Source of the DNA: Rotaria socialis
Taxonomy: Eukaryota
NCBI GenBank assembly: GCA_905331295.1
Contig: CAJNYD010000209.1
Coordinates: forward strand, 1-64,000
Reading direction: 5' to 3'
DNA: 64,000 nt
Shown: piece by piece, positions 39,997-53,582 of the stretch
Layout of the letters: each line of letters opens with the position of its first letter
Numbering within the stretch: the first letter of the stretch is position 1
Position numbers and translations under genes: made by a program
Notes under the pieces: model-generated
What the model saw: the letters and a program-made list of their open reading frames with translations, nothing else
What the model was told of the DNA's origin: nothing
The model's database searches: none

Positions 39997-41262
39997 ATGG
40001 CAACCGCTCGTTCAGTAGCAATCATTGGTGGAGGAATCGGTGGTTTGACTCTAGCTAACAGTTTATCACAAATAGGGATGTCCGTCTCATTATATGAACG
40101 TGCTCCTTGTTTTATTCCAACTTCTGGTGCTGCTTTTGGCCTTCAACCAAATGGACAAATATCACTTGAATCTATTGGTTTTCAAGATCAAGTGAAAAAA
40201 ATTATTCAACCTTTTCTTAAATGGCAAATAATTGGTGACAACGGAGAACTGTTAGCTGCATCTGATAGGTTAAGTGAATATGGACAACGATTTGGTTATT
40301 TTCTTGGTGGTGCAATTCGTTCTGAACTTGTTGATATATTGAAAGAGCCAATAGAAAAAAGTGATAATTTACACTATTCACATAATCTGATAAATATTAA
40401 ACAAGACGCTAATGGAGTTACACTTTTATTTGAAAATGAAGATCAACAAAAATCAGTTCACGCCGATATGGTTATTGGTGCCGATGGGATACGTTCAACA
40501 GTTGTCAAACAAATATTCACTGAAACAGCTGCGCCAGTACATTCAAAAGAAAATATTTTTTATGGTATTATAGATAATATCGATCAACAAACATCGATTA
40601 ATCCATTGGTAACAGCAAAAAATACTATGACACAATATTTCGGCTTTGGAGAATTTATTACCTATCGAGCTGGTCATAAAGGGCAGCTCATGTGGGCTGT
40701 TACTTATCCATCTATGGCGCCTCCGTCAACAAGTGAGGATTTTGAATGGACAGAAATTAATAATCAGCGTGACTTAAATCAATGTTTAAAAAGATTTCCT
40801 CAATCACATCCTTTTCATCAATGTGCAGCAGCAACCGATAAAACGCGTTTACTTCATTTCGGATTATTTTATCGTCAACCACGTAACGACGGTTGGCACC
40901 GTAATAGAATTTGTTTATTAGGTGATTCATGCCATGCCACATTACCTTATGTTGGACAAGGAGCAAATATGGCCATAGAGGATGCAATTTCGCTTGCACA
41001 GTGTTTAGAGAAATATAAGTTTCAAATGGAACCAGCATTTCAAGAATACCATAAGAAGCGGTTTAATCGAACAAAACGTGTTGTAAATATGGCACGATAT
41101 ATGGGATTATTTCTTCATTCTGAAAATCCGCTTGTTCATTCAATTAGACAACGTTTGGTTCCATGGTTAATGCAATCTAATATGATGATTAGAATGGCCG
41201 AAAAAGAACTGTATGAAAATTGTCCTGTTCCTATGGAACAAAGAAAACCAATAGATAAATAA
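39997..41262 (+). CDS. Intronless group A FAD-dependent monooxygenase (salicylate hydroxylase / zeaxanthin epoxidase-like)
   Basis: VAIIGGGIGG (Rossmann), IGADGIRS (DG motif), LLGDSCHATLPYVGQGANMAIEDA (GD motif). 421 aa ORF. Confidence 0.92.
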   Translation: MATARSVAIIGGGIGGLTLANSLSQIGMSVSLYERAPCFIPTSGAAFGLQPNGQISLESIGFQDQVKKIIQPFLKWQIIGDNGELLAASDRLSEYGQRFGYFLGGAIRSELVDILKEPIEKSDNLHYSHNLINIKQDANGVTLLFENEDQQKSVHADMVIGADGIRSTVVKQIFTETAAPVHSKENIFYGIIDNIDQQTSINPLVTAKNTMTQYFGFGEFITYRAGHKGQLMWAVTYPSMAPPSTSEDFEWTEINNQRDLNQCLKRFPQSHPFHQCAAATDKTRLLHFGLFYRQPRNDGWHRNRICLLGDSCHATLPYVGQGANMAIEDAISLAQCLEKYKFQMEPAFQEYHKKRFNRTKRVVNMARYMGLFLHSENPLVHSIRQRLVPWLMQSNMMIRMAEKELYENCPVPMEQRKPIDK

Positions 41263-42125
41263 TTTGAAATAACACTTTATATTTTGAAGCGTAGTTTCAT
41301 TTGAATGAAAATGTCAGAATATATCACGTGACTTTTTCAAAAGTATACAGGTTTGAGCTGTGGCGCGTGCATATGAGCTTAGTTTTACGAATGGATGATT
41401 TTTTTGTCACATGTTTGATTTATACGTAATAATCAGATGGAAGCCTATAGAGAGGAACCAAGTGATAGCGAGTAGTAATGGCCGAGGATATTAATTTGAT
41501 TGACCATGTGCTGTGTTACTCGTATGATGGTCATGGTGTAGTGGTACTACTCATGAAGAAATGCTACTGAACAATGTTAAATAGGTGAATCACCGTTGAT
41601 AATTAATTTCTAAGAATAAGTTGAGTTCATTGAAGAAGTAGTTAGGGTGAGTGGGGTTGCAAATCCAAGTGGATCACACACGAAGTCAAAAATCTATATA
41701 CTTTCATCTAGTAAGACTATCAAATTAGTAATGTCATTTGCAATCAGTTCTTTGCCATCTGAATGTCATGTAAAACTATGATAAAATCTTGTGATTAGAA
41801 AGAAGCTTTACAAATAGTTGCAAAATAGGTGTCGCACATGAACACTATACTATTCATTTGATTTCTATCAAACACTTCTTCCTTAACCGTCATGAATAAT
41901 TGTATTCGTGTCTTGTAATTATACAGGTTCATCAGTTCAATAGTGCATATATATCAATTGAAGAGTATTCGTGCGATTGGTCTGTAGGATACAACCACGC
42001 GTCAACAATTGATTACACTCTGCCATGTAATTTCATAAGTATATGTTAACATGAGGTATGTTATGGTAGAAGAAAATTGCTCTGATAATACTTAAAATTT
42101 CATTGCGAAAAGGTAAGACCGACGT

Positions 42126-45100
42126 ATGTCTGCCGGAATTTCTACGTTTCGAGTTGAGTATGCAAAATCCGATCGATCAAAGTGCAAAAGTTGCTGGTCA
42201 GCGATCGAAAAAGATACTTTTCGATTTGCAATTATGGTTCAGTCAGGAAAATTTGACGGCAAAGTCTGTGAAATAATAATATTCCAAAAAAAAAATAGTA
42301 AAATAATACTTTTAAAAGGTTCCAAATTGGTATCATTCTCACTGTTTTCTCGAAAAAGTTAAACTAATTGATCCGAAAATTATCAAAGGTTTTGATGAAC
42401 TACGATGGGACGATCAGGATGCAATTCGTCATCTTATTCAAGAAAACTCTACAGCACTATCGTGTAAGTCTATTGTCGTTATGATAATTTATTTTCATGT
42501 GTGAGACTTACTGAGCGCAAAATATTGTCATATAATAATAATTAAAGATGCCAATATGTTAAGAGTAACACTATACGAAGGCTGCACTGTTCTCAGAATT
42601 GTGTTTTCTTTCATCTGTAGCACTGAAATTTAAGTAATACGCAAGTTTTTTCTATTGCCTGGACTACTATTGTGATAAAAGTGACGAATCGATAGAGCAC
42701 ATTTTTATCTTCTATCGCAGGCGAAAATGATCCAAATGAAACGTTTTCCGTTCAATATGCTAAATCGAATCGAAGTACTTGCCATGGTTGTGACGCATCA
42801 ATTGATAAAGATATATTACGATTATCGAGAAAAAACTACACGAGTAAACGAGCACGCCGTTATGGGCCCACTGATGAATGGTATCATGTGGATTGTTTTA
42901 ATCAGATGAAAAATGATCTAGGATTTGTTGGTACCGCTGAATCGTTCGTATTCTTGAATGGATTCATGCCGAATAAATGCTTTTTCATTTAAGTTTTTCG
43001 GGTTTTAACGATTTGAATAAGGAAGACCAAATGGAACTGAAAGAGAAATTTGATACGTCATCTAAGTCAAAACGAAAACGTACGGGTGCAGAGGCGAATA
43101 ATGAATCCATCAAAGCAAAACAACTGAAAGTCGAGGACCCAACACCAGAAGCTTCGAACGACCAAGAAGAGAAACGTCGCAGGAAGGTTATTATCTCTAT
43201 ATTCATTTTCGTTTTGAATATCTTTCCTTTTCTTTTAGAGACAAAGTGAACTTCTATGGACTTACAAGGATAATTTGCGAAAGGAGATTCCCAACAGCGT
43301 TCTAAAAGAATTACTTGAATTTAATTGTCAAAAGTCGGTTTTCGGAGAATCAAATGTAATTTATTTAATTCTTTTGAAACGCGAATTACTTGAATCAATT
43401 ATTTCAGCTCATTGAAGCTGTCACTGATTGTATGGCATTCGGTGCACTTGAACCGTGTCCAGAATGTGGTGGTTGTCTTGTTTTCAAGTAGACTTTGTTT
43501 TATTTTGATTTGAGAATCTTTTCTGTCAACTTCAATATTTAGTTATACAAATTATCGTTGTACTGGCAATGTTACCGAATGGACAAAATGTTCGTATTCA
43601 ACACAATTACCTAAACGAAAACCATTTGAAATTTCGGATAAAATCAAAGAAAATTACGACATTTTGTAAGTTTCTTTCTTTTTATAGATTGAATTCAAGA
43701 TGATTCCAGATGCAATTATTGGTTTTGAATTTATTTTGTAGTCAAAACTATAAATATACACAACAAGATCGAATCATCACACAAGTCGTTCAGAAACCGA
43801 AGCTGATTGGCAAAGCAGTGGAGATTAAAGAGTAAATCGTTTTTGTTTTGTTTATGATGGCTTAGATTAGTGATTTTATTGTAGACCTGACTACGTTTCA
43901 GATTTGCCTCTGAACAGCTATTCAGTTGCAACAGTGGGTCGTTTATCAAAGAGATTGAGTACTTTACATAAACAAATCGAAGAGTTAGGCGGAACCATCG
44001 CTACGACTATTGACAAATCAGTCGATGTCATCATTAGTACACAAGGTTGTCTCGCTTTTATTTTGTATGCAATGTAAATATGTTTTCTTTTTATTCTATG
44101 TGTTCAATAGATGAAGTGCAGAAAGGCAGTAAGAAGATTCAAGATGCACAAAAATTCGAAATTCATATTGTTCCAGAACAATTCTTGAATGACGTTCTCA
44201 ATGATCGACCATCGATTGTGATGGAAAAATTGAAGTTATCAACTTGGGGAATTTTACCACATATTAGAAAGCAGCAAGCACGCGAAGAGAATAAAACGAA
44301 ACGAAAATCATCGCCTACATCCAAATCTTTTGGTGAGAATTGTATTCGAAAATGTTTCATACTTTTGATTCAAATTTTTAACTTAGCTCGCTCAAGAAAA
44401 TTCACGCCAGAAAAGGTTACCGTGAAATTAAAAGATGGTGCTGCAGTCGATCCTGATTCTGGTGAGTTTCTCTAAATATTGACGTTTTATGTTAATGAAT
44501 TGTGTTGATCATTCATTGTAGGACTTGAAGAAACTTGTCACGTATTGAAAGATATTGAAAATGGTGGTATTTTTGCGGCAGTACTCGGTATGGTAGATAT
44601 AACCTGTGGTACGAATTCATATTACAAAATTCAACTACTTGAAGATGACACTGGGAAACAATGGTTTCTTTTTCGATCGTGATAAGTAGTTTTGTTTTCA
44701 CAATAAATATTATTCTATTGATTTATTTTTGATTTTCTACGGGTCGGACTGGTACAACGTTTGGTAGTAAAAAGGTTGACGAATACAATAAACAATCTAA
44801 AGCAATCGATGCATTTCGTCGAACCTTTTTCGATAAAACTGGTAATCAATGGGATGATCGAGGATCGTTTAAAAAAATACCAAATAAACTTTATCCTCTT
44901 GAAATTGTTTATGGACAACATGATGATAATGATCAGATTGAAAAAGCGCTGAATGACCCTAATTCTAAAAATGTTTCTCGTCTTTCACAACCTGTACAAG
45001 ATATAATTCGTCTTATTTTTAATGTTGGCACAATGGAGCAAACATTATTATCATTCGACATTGATCTGACTAAGATGCCATTAGGTAAACTTTCACATAA

Positions 45101-46295
45101 CCAATTAAATATGGCTTATAAAGTTCTTACTGAATTGCAAACATTGATTAGTAGTGGTGCAACACATAAGACGTTGATTATTGATGCTAGTAATCGATTT
45201 TACACACTTATTCCACATGATTTCGGTCTTGCTAAACCGAAACTACTGGATAATATCGATTTAATTCAATCGAAAACACAAATGATTGATAATCTGTTGG
45301 ACATTGAAATAGCCTATTCAATCTTGAAAGGATCAATCGATGAAAAAAATGAACATCCAATTGATGTTCATTATAAAAAATTAAACTGTACTATCGAGTC
45401 GATTGATAAAAGTGCAGAAGAGTTCAAACGTATTGAACAGTATATGATTAATACACATGCATCAAGTCACAATCAATATACATTAAGCTTAAAAGAATTA
45501 TTTAAAGTAGTACGCTCAAGTGAAGATGAGCGTTTTCAAAAATGGAAAAACGTTAAAAATCGTCAATTATTATGGCATGGTTCAAGAACGACAAATTTTG
45601 CTGGAATACTTAGTCAAGGACTACGTATTGCCCCGCCTGAAGCACCCATGGTTAGTCTATTAACAACAAAATAGATATTAGTGAAGCTTGTTGCGGGTGT
45701 AAGAGTGGCACGAAGGTGTGCCAATACCCACACCCACACCCGCATCTTTCATAAAATATAGAATCTATTTTAAAACCTATTCTTCTCAGATTTTCATTTA
45801 TTTTAGACAGGTTACATGTTCGGTAAAGGTGTCTATTTTGCTGACATGGTTTCTAAAAGCGGTGAGCTCTTTTTCTTCACGATCCGATGAATAATTATTT
45901 GTAAATGATTTAGCAAACTATTGCTTTGCTAAAAGAGATACACCTGAAGGTTTGCTGCTTTTGTGTGAAGTTGCTCTTGGTCAAATGTACGAATGTTATA
46001 ATGCGACAAGTCTTTCAGCAGAAACTTTACCAACTGATACACAATCAACTAAAGGTTGTGGGCAAACAATTCCTGATCCAAAAGGTGAATAGAACGAACT
46101 TTTATCAACAGCTAAAAACTTTTGTTCATTCTAGAAAATTATTATACGGACGATGGAGTTCTTATTCCGATGGGCCACGGAGTAAATGCAAATATTCAAT
46201 ATAGCTCACTTTTATACAATGAATATATCGTCTACAACACTGATCAAGTTAAACTCAAATATCTTCTACGTATCGAGTTTAACTACAAGGATTAA
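42126..46295 (+). CDS. PARP1: Poly(ADP-ribose) polymerase 1, multi-exon
   Basis: Zn finger 1 ([14 protein letters not shown]...WYHSHCF), Zn finger 2 ([13 protein letters not shown]...WYHVDCF), PADR1 ([12 protein letters not shown]), BRCT, WGR (FRSWGRTG), regulatory domain (KMPLGKLS), catalytic [56 protein letters not shown]. Confidence 0.97.
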
Positions 46296-46455
46296 ACTAT
46301 TATAATATGAATTTTTTTCGACAAAATAAATCTTTATTCTACATATCTAAATTTAAACAGATTTCTTCACGCTCTGTTTCATTTAGTTTCCTAAAACAAG
46401 CAAAAACGTAATATATTAATTCTATTCATTCATTTTTCTATCCATATTTTCGATT

Positions 46456-46700
46456 ATGAAAAGTAAAGATTCACAAAAGTTCGTACTTTCTAACTACGCT
46501 CTTTCACGATCTAATGCGAGTGCTATTAGTCTACATAATATGGTGTGGTGATGTAGCATTATTTATGAGATTGGCTCTATTAATACGTAGTGTTCAATTA
46601 CTTGTCCGCGAACAATTGGAACAGGAAAGGTGCAAATTAGCGAAACAAGTTTTAGAGAAAATTTTGAGAGAAACGACTGGAAGATGAAGCCTATGTCAGC
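46456..46700 (+). mobile_element. Decayed 5' fragment of a transposase related to the 16.2-17.5 kb element
   Basis: ATGAAAAGTAAAGATTCACAAAAGTTCGTACTTTC is similar to ATGAAAAGTAAAGATCTCCAAAATATTGTACTTTC at 16349, and patchy similarity continues for about 200 bp. Confidence 0.5.
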
Positions 46701-48353
46701 GACCTCAAATGTCAACGGACCAATAAATCAGCAAAAAGTACAATGAGTGAAAAAAATTTCATGGAAAAATTGCAACGCCGAAAGCACATTTGAGTGAATA
46801 ACGAAAACAAAACAGAGAAATTTTCGACAACGAAAAATGTAATCTATACCCAGCCAACACCCACACCCTCAATGTCGTTACTTGTACACATAGTCGCCAT
46901 GCTAATTCATCCACATATATAGGTAATTTGAGCTCGTGAGGGAAAACAAATTTCGTTGAAAGAGCTTTTACGACGTTATTTTTCGCTGGTTCTTTTTTTG
47001 CCTTCCTACATTTTCGTTTTTTTCATTGGAAAAAAATATTTGTTGAAAGGGTGTTCGCTGAACGGGCACCGGTTCATTTAAGCTAATGAAACTACTTAGA
47101 AATAAATAATAAATTAACGAAAAAAGGTCAGCTTCTACTTCTAGTTGAAACTCGCCTTTCGGTTGAAAATCTCTTGCACCAATGTGGTCAGAGTATTCAA
47201 AGATGATAGGTAGCTTCAGAACTGCTTGAAAAATCATTGAAATAATGCTGGCGAGTCGGAATAAAATTGAAAAGTAAAATATTTTTTAAGTGGAAACAAG
47301 AAATCTTCACAGAACAGTATGAAACCGAGTTTCAATAGAAATGTTACTATGGATCTTGTCTACCAATTAAACATTAGAAAAGTTTATTTAACACAAAAAA
47401 TAGAGTGATCGAATAAGGATTTGAGCGTCAGTAATGTTAACTAAGAACTCATCATTCTACTGGCTCAGATATTCAGTGCTGCCAGTTCATAGTAAACGCT
47501 GCAAAAGTATGGTCATAGTCATACATATCAATCAATCCTGCTATACATAGAATGCATTCACTGGAAGTTAATTCATTTGAGGGAGTTAAATATACGTGAA
47601 TGCCCATAGGGAGCTATGCATTTCGGCTAAAACTCTTGATTTCTAAAGGAAAAATGTAAAAAAAGTAATATATCAAAAATTATAGTAGTACAAATATAGA
47701 AGATTGAGTATACTAAAAATGAGAGTGTATGGTATTAAGAATTATGCCATCCTTGTCTTCCCTCTTAGATTCGTCCCTTTACACTACTTCGTTTTCAACA
47801 TTTTTATTTTCGATCAAGCTGGAGATAATCCTATTCTCACACACAAGTCTACACCGCCAACCTCAATTCACTCACATCAAAATTCACACCAAAGACTCAA
47901 TCGAGATTTTCACCATTCCATTTTTTTTCACGTTAGCATTTTCTTTCCGACCAAAGGTTAAGGTTAATAGAAGATTCCATTTATTTTCTTGATAACTTTT
48001 TAGTTTATTTTTCATTTTTACTTTGTTAAAAGTTTCTGTGGCATTGCCATGCAATTTTTCTCTTTTCGTGGAAATCCCAATCGAATTCAGCCTACTCAAA
48101 CATCCCAACATGCTTCACAGTTTCATCGATTGACTGACGGCAGTAAGAAAATAATTGCACTCACAAGAAACACCGACCATTAGGAGAAAGAACAACATGC
48201 ACATGACGACAATGCTTCTCCATTCCGCACAATCATCACTGGGGTAACAACATAAATACACAGTAAAAAACTAGAAAAAAAAAATTTTTAAATTAAAACT
48301 CGAAGTTCAATTTTGTGAAGTTTTTATACTCTGAATCAATTGTCTGTTTCAGC

Positions 48354-48974
48354 ATGTTCATCTCATACTTATACTTTCGCTTTATGACTTGGTACTTGGC
48401 GTATGCCGCACTGGGATTGGGATTATTTACAATCATTTTTGCCATAATAACATGTATCAGTTGCTCTCAGCGAAAACTTTTTGCATTGTATACACTAGGG
48501 TATTTCGTCGATACATGTTTCGCATTCATTGCAAGCTTTTATTCGTCTTGGTCCATGAAAGAGGCCGCACGGAACTCATCGATTTTTCTTGAATCTATAT
48601 CATTTTTATTATATATCATTTTGCCGTTTTTCTTTTTTTATATACGCTATATTATATGGTTGGTACTATCCGACGCAACGAAGTACAACCACACAAAATC
48701 TTTGGCAGAGGACTTATGTTACAAAATGCACTTTTGGTTTCCTGCTACAATTATTATTGCTACTATCATTTCAAGCGCCGCATTCGTACTTTGCCTCATC
48801 TGGCAATTACTGCTCGGTTTCTGGTTTTTGATCAAATGGAACGTGGAATATGTATTTAATGTGAATAAATCAACAGAATTAGTAAACAAATTTGAAGTAA
48901 CAGCTATTCGAAATCGTTCTATCATGAGCAATGGTACACAAAATAATATCACCTTCAATACTACTACCCACTAA
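48354..48974 (+). CDS. Hypothetical multi-pass (about four TM) membrane protein; start uncertain
   Basis: ORF over 600 bp in AT-rich DNA with about four hydrophobic segments and a polar C-terminal tail. An AG acceptor lies just before 48353. No family recognised. Confidence 0.5.
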   Translation: MFISYLYFRFMTWYLAYAALGLGLFTIIFAIITCISCSQRKLFALYTLGYFVDTCFAFIASFYSSWSMKEAARNSSIFLESISFLLYIILPFFFFYIRYIIWLVLSDATKYNHTKSLAEDLCYKMHFWFPATIIIATIISSAAFVLCLIWQLLLGFWFLIKWNVEYVFNVNKSTELVNKFEVTAIRNRSIMSNGTQNNITFNTTTH

Positions 48975-51551
48975 CTAATGATTTAAATACATTCAAATTA
49001 GAGGACAAGTTATTATAAAAATGTAAACTGAACACTTTGCGAATCGAACAACTTCACGGTTACAAGTTTTCTGTCATTCACACCCACACCTCCCAGCACC
49101 ATTTTATTTTTATGAAAAAGAAATTATATTCAAGAATCTTAACATAAAAATGTTTACCGGAAGAAAATACTGTTGTTGGTTTTGATAGATTGTAGTTGTA
49201 GTAGTCATCATTTTTACATTGAAGGTCCACGCACATTTAAGTGCAACTCAGTTTGCCTGATAAATAATATCAGAATTTTTGCGTTCAGATAATTTTCAGA
49301 AGACTCGCTTCGCTACTGGGGCAAGAAAACCTTTCTTTTATATGAGATGTGACCAGATTCTTTGAGTTCTGAACCCTTGATGATGACAGAAATCAAGCAT
49401 GAGAACAAAAGCATTGAATTGTAATAGGATAAACCAACACTACAATGATGGAGCTTTATGTCTGAACTCACAGAATCGAAGCAATTCGGGGAATCCATGA
49501 ATATTAGGAAATTGAATTTCTCCAAGAAACTATCGTGTGTCGTGGGTGAGGATAAGTGACTGTTTCCTCGAACATGCCTGTAACGTTATCGATTGAGTTC
49601 ATTGCATGCCACCATATTTTCCTTATCTAGTTGAATTGATTGTTCAAACATGATATTTAGTCAACGGCTCGCTATCTGTATGTAACCAAATTGTTTTTTT
49701 CTTCTGTTCAACATATGTATCATAAACACTTTGGCTCTCATTAGTTATGCTCTTTGGGTGTGGGCGTGATATAAGTGAGCAAAAGAATCACACCCACACA
49801 CACCCTCAAGATAAATCGAAGAGGTTCGTTTCATTTTAAAATTTATTATTTATAGACTTGATATAAGTAAAAAGTCATTATCAATTTTATTCTCAATCAG
49901 AATTCGAATTCAAACTATTCAGAGCAAAGCATGAGTCATGGTCATAAATAGAATTCAGCAACTAATATCTCACAGTCACAGTGACAATAAAACATCTACT
50001 ATCTCAATACATTTTTTATGATGTATTACTCAATTAGGATCAATTTTCATCAAATCAATTGTCATAGACGAAAATATTTCTAAAATATCCAGTGAAAGAT
50101 CATATATATGTTATACTTATCAAATTCCAAACTTAAGATTATGCCAATAAAGAAAATTTTACTACCTAATTAGTGGCAGAGTTTACATGAGTTTTCATAT
50201 GAAATTTGTCCGATGATAGATTGATAGACACATATTGTTGTTATTCTGATGAAAATTTAATCTTTATTTTTGTCTTCGTCTACTTTTTGGAGAATTAATT
50301 TATTTTCATAATCAAAAATAACCGAGATCTTTTTCTCACCAGAACGAAAAAATAAACCATGCGAGAAAGAAACGAAAATGCAAAGAATAATAATACAAGA
50401 AATGGAGTTGTTTGCTTACAAGGATATTCTCAAGAATGAAATTTTCATATTTGAGAGACTGCAATAATTAGTATGCATTAAAAATACTTTTCTTCAATCG
50501 AACGATTTATCTCACTCGTTAATACTCTGTCTGTTATTGTTATAGTTGCTGTAAACATCGAATTGTGAAAGTCGAAAACAACGTTTATTTCGAATTCATT
50601 ATAACTGTATTGATATTCTCCGATAGTATCATGTAAATTGTTGGATTCAACAATGTATTGTAAAAGTACTCTAACTTCATATTTTCACTCATTACACACA
50701 TAGAGAAAAAAAAATCATAATAAAATAGCTTCGGCAAATATTCGTTCTTTAACGATGTTTTTTTCTTTGTCTGAAGTGATTTACTTCTTTTAATAATAAT
50801 GTGCAATAATAAAATTCACTGTTACTCGTCATATCTCATATAGAAAAGATGTTGGTAATCTTTATATGTAAATAGAAAAGCGCGATTAGATAGTCGACAC
50901 ACAGAACGGGGCAAATTTTTTAGCGACACTTTCTATTGCGACATATTTTCGACACTGAACCTACGACACTATTACTCGCAACACATATATGCGACACATT
51001 TTAATTTAGAGTATATAAAAAAAAGATCTGTATAAAACATGAGGATGTTTTTACTTGTATTGATTTTCTAATTCATAGGTTTATTTTTTGAAGAGCCGTA
51101 AAATCAAAATTTCTGCATAAAAGATAATTGTAAAGTAAATGCACTTTTTCCTTCACTATGTTTTGTTTTTGGATAGTTTTCCGTAGCATTGTAAATCGAG
51201 GGGTGAACTAATAAAGAAATTCACATACATAATGAAAAGAGCAAAATGAATAAATGAAATCTTAGAATTTTTTCGTTCTTACCAAAAAGAGAAGAATAAA
51301 AATCGAAGTTGGAAAGAATAGTAATGTTGGAATTTTTTTGTTCGCTCCTTTGTTTACTGTCTATTGTATTTTCAATTTTGAAACCAGGCGACGTTTCTTG
51401 TTGTGTCAACAAGACATAAAACACTCAGATTATATGCCGCCGAAAAATCGAGAAAAAAAAGAAAAGGTATCGACTATAGAAATAGAAACCGCAATTTATG
51501 CATAAATAACAAAAATGCGTTCACAATTCTCGCCTTTAATCAAGCAACAAC

Positions 51552-53582
51552 ATGAGTGGGCTAAAATCAGCTGCTGCAATGCCCTCAAGGCGTCGAATGG
51601 CTCAGAATTATCTGGTTATTTGGGTCGATGGCAACATCGACGAAAACAATGACGATTGCCGAAACACACTGGCACAATTACGTTCAGTGGTAAGTGATGT
51701 AAATGTGTGCACGACACCAGAGCAGTGTGTCGAATTTCTCAATGAAATTGATGATGGCAAAGCCTTCATCATTTCATCGGGAGCACTAGGGCAAGCCCTT
51801 GTAAATGACATTCACGGCATACCAAAAGTGGATGCCATTTACGTTTTTTGCGACAACAAGGAGCGTGATGAATCATGGTCGAAGGATTGGCCAAAGATTC
51901 GAGGTGTTTTCACTTCCATCAAGCCGATATGTGAATCGCTGAAAAAGGTCGCCCATGAGTGCGATCATGATTCAATTCCAATGAGCTTCGTTCCGAAGCA
52001 AACGGCGACAGAAGGAGCAACAGGATTGGATAAAAACAATCTTGATCGGTTACCGCCATCGTACATGTACTCGATCATTTTCAAAGATATTATATTAGAA
52101 ATCGATGACGATGACGAAAAATCTATGAACACTTTAGTGAAGTTTTTCCGAAAACAGAATATTTCTGAAACTGAAATAAGTGAATTTAAGCGTGAGTACC
52201 ACGACAAGTCACCAGTCTATTGGTATACGAAACCAATGTTTCTCTATGCTGTGCTTAATCGTGGGTTAAGATCGCTTGATATGGAAGCGATGCGCAAATT
52301 AGGATTTTTCATTCGAAGTCTTCATCTTCAATTAGAACAATTACATCAGGAGCAGTCGGCAAGTTTCCAAACAGCTTTTACTGTTTATCGTGGTCAGGGA
52401 CTGAGCAAAGAAGACTTTCAAAATCTAATGGATTCAAAAGGTGGACTCCTTTCATTCAACAATTTCTTATCGACTAGTAAGAAACAAAAAGTGGCCACAT
52501 CATTTGTTCAAGACGCCCTAGAGAGAAACCCAGATATTGTGGGTGTTACGTTTATTATGACAATAGATCCAAGTAAAATATCAACTTCAATCACACCATT
52601 TGCTATGATTAATAAACAAAGTGCTCTTCCACGAGAACAAGAAATTCTATTTACAATGCACAGTGTTTTTCGCATCGTTGAAATTACACAGACCCCTAGT
52701 AATAGTCGCCTTTGGGAAGTACAATTGGCTATTACTGATGAGAGTGATCCACAACTGGCTGATCTTACTGATTGCATCAAAGAGGAGGTTCAAGGTACGA
52801 CTGGATGGTATCGAATGGGTAACTTGATGCTAAAAGTGGGACACTACGATCAAGCTGAGGAACTCTACAATGAATTACTCGACAATATTTCTACTGATAG
52901 TGATAGAGCACATGTCTATCATCAGCTTGGGGTGATAAATTATCATCAAGGTAAATACCAAGAAGCAGCTACTTCCTACGAAAAATCACTCGAAATCAAG
53001 CGGTAAACTCTTCCAGAAGATGATGCTTCATTAGCGCCTACTTATGGTAACATCGGTCTATTATATAAAAACATGGGTGAATACTCGAAAGCACTTGAAT
53101 ATCACTCAAAATCACTCAAAATCTATGAAATATCTCTACCTGCGACTCACCCCTATCTGGCTAGTTCTTACAGCTGCATTGGTGGAGTGTATGACGACAT
53201 GGGCGAATACTCAAAAGCACTTGAATATTATGAAAAAGATCTCGAAATAGCGAAAAAAGCTCTACCTCCGACTCATCCTAATTTGGCTAGTTCCTACAAC
53301 AACATTGGTGGAGTGTATAACAACATGGATGAATACTCGAAAGCACTGGAATATTACGAAAAATCAATTAAAATCTTAGAAATATCTTTGCCTCCGGCTC
53401 ATCCCGATTTGGCTGCTTCATACAACAACATCGGTCAAGTGTATACCAGTATGGGTGAATACTCGAAAGCACTCCCAGTTCTAGAAAAATCACTTGATAT
53501 CTTTCGAAAGTCACTTCCTTCAGCACATCCACATATTAAGAACGTAATGAATAGTATAGCAGTCATGAAAGAGAAGTTGTAA
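51552..53582 (+). pseudogene. ADP-ribosyltransferase (R-S-E type) + TPR repeat protein with one in-frame TAA at 53004-53006
   Basis: N-terminal receiver-like region (LVIWVD...FIISSG), ART motifs VYRGQG, FLSTS and REQEILF, then TPRs (HPNLASSYNNIGGVY..MGEYSKALEYYEK). The two ORF-track ORFs are in the same frame, separated only by one TAA. Confidence 0.85.

Noticed and set aside
41528..41675. tRNA-like A-box (TGGTGTAGTGG) and B-box-like (GGTTGCAAATCC) motifs
   Set aside because: The spacing is too long and no cloverleaf can be built. At most a decayed tRNA-derived SINE.
50880..51492. GCGACAC tandem motifs and weak inverted ends upstream of the ART-TPR gene
   Set aside because: Probably an old MITE, but the TIRs are too degenerate and no TSD was found.
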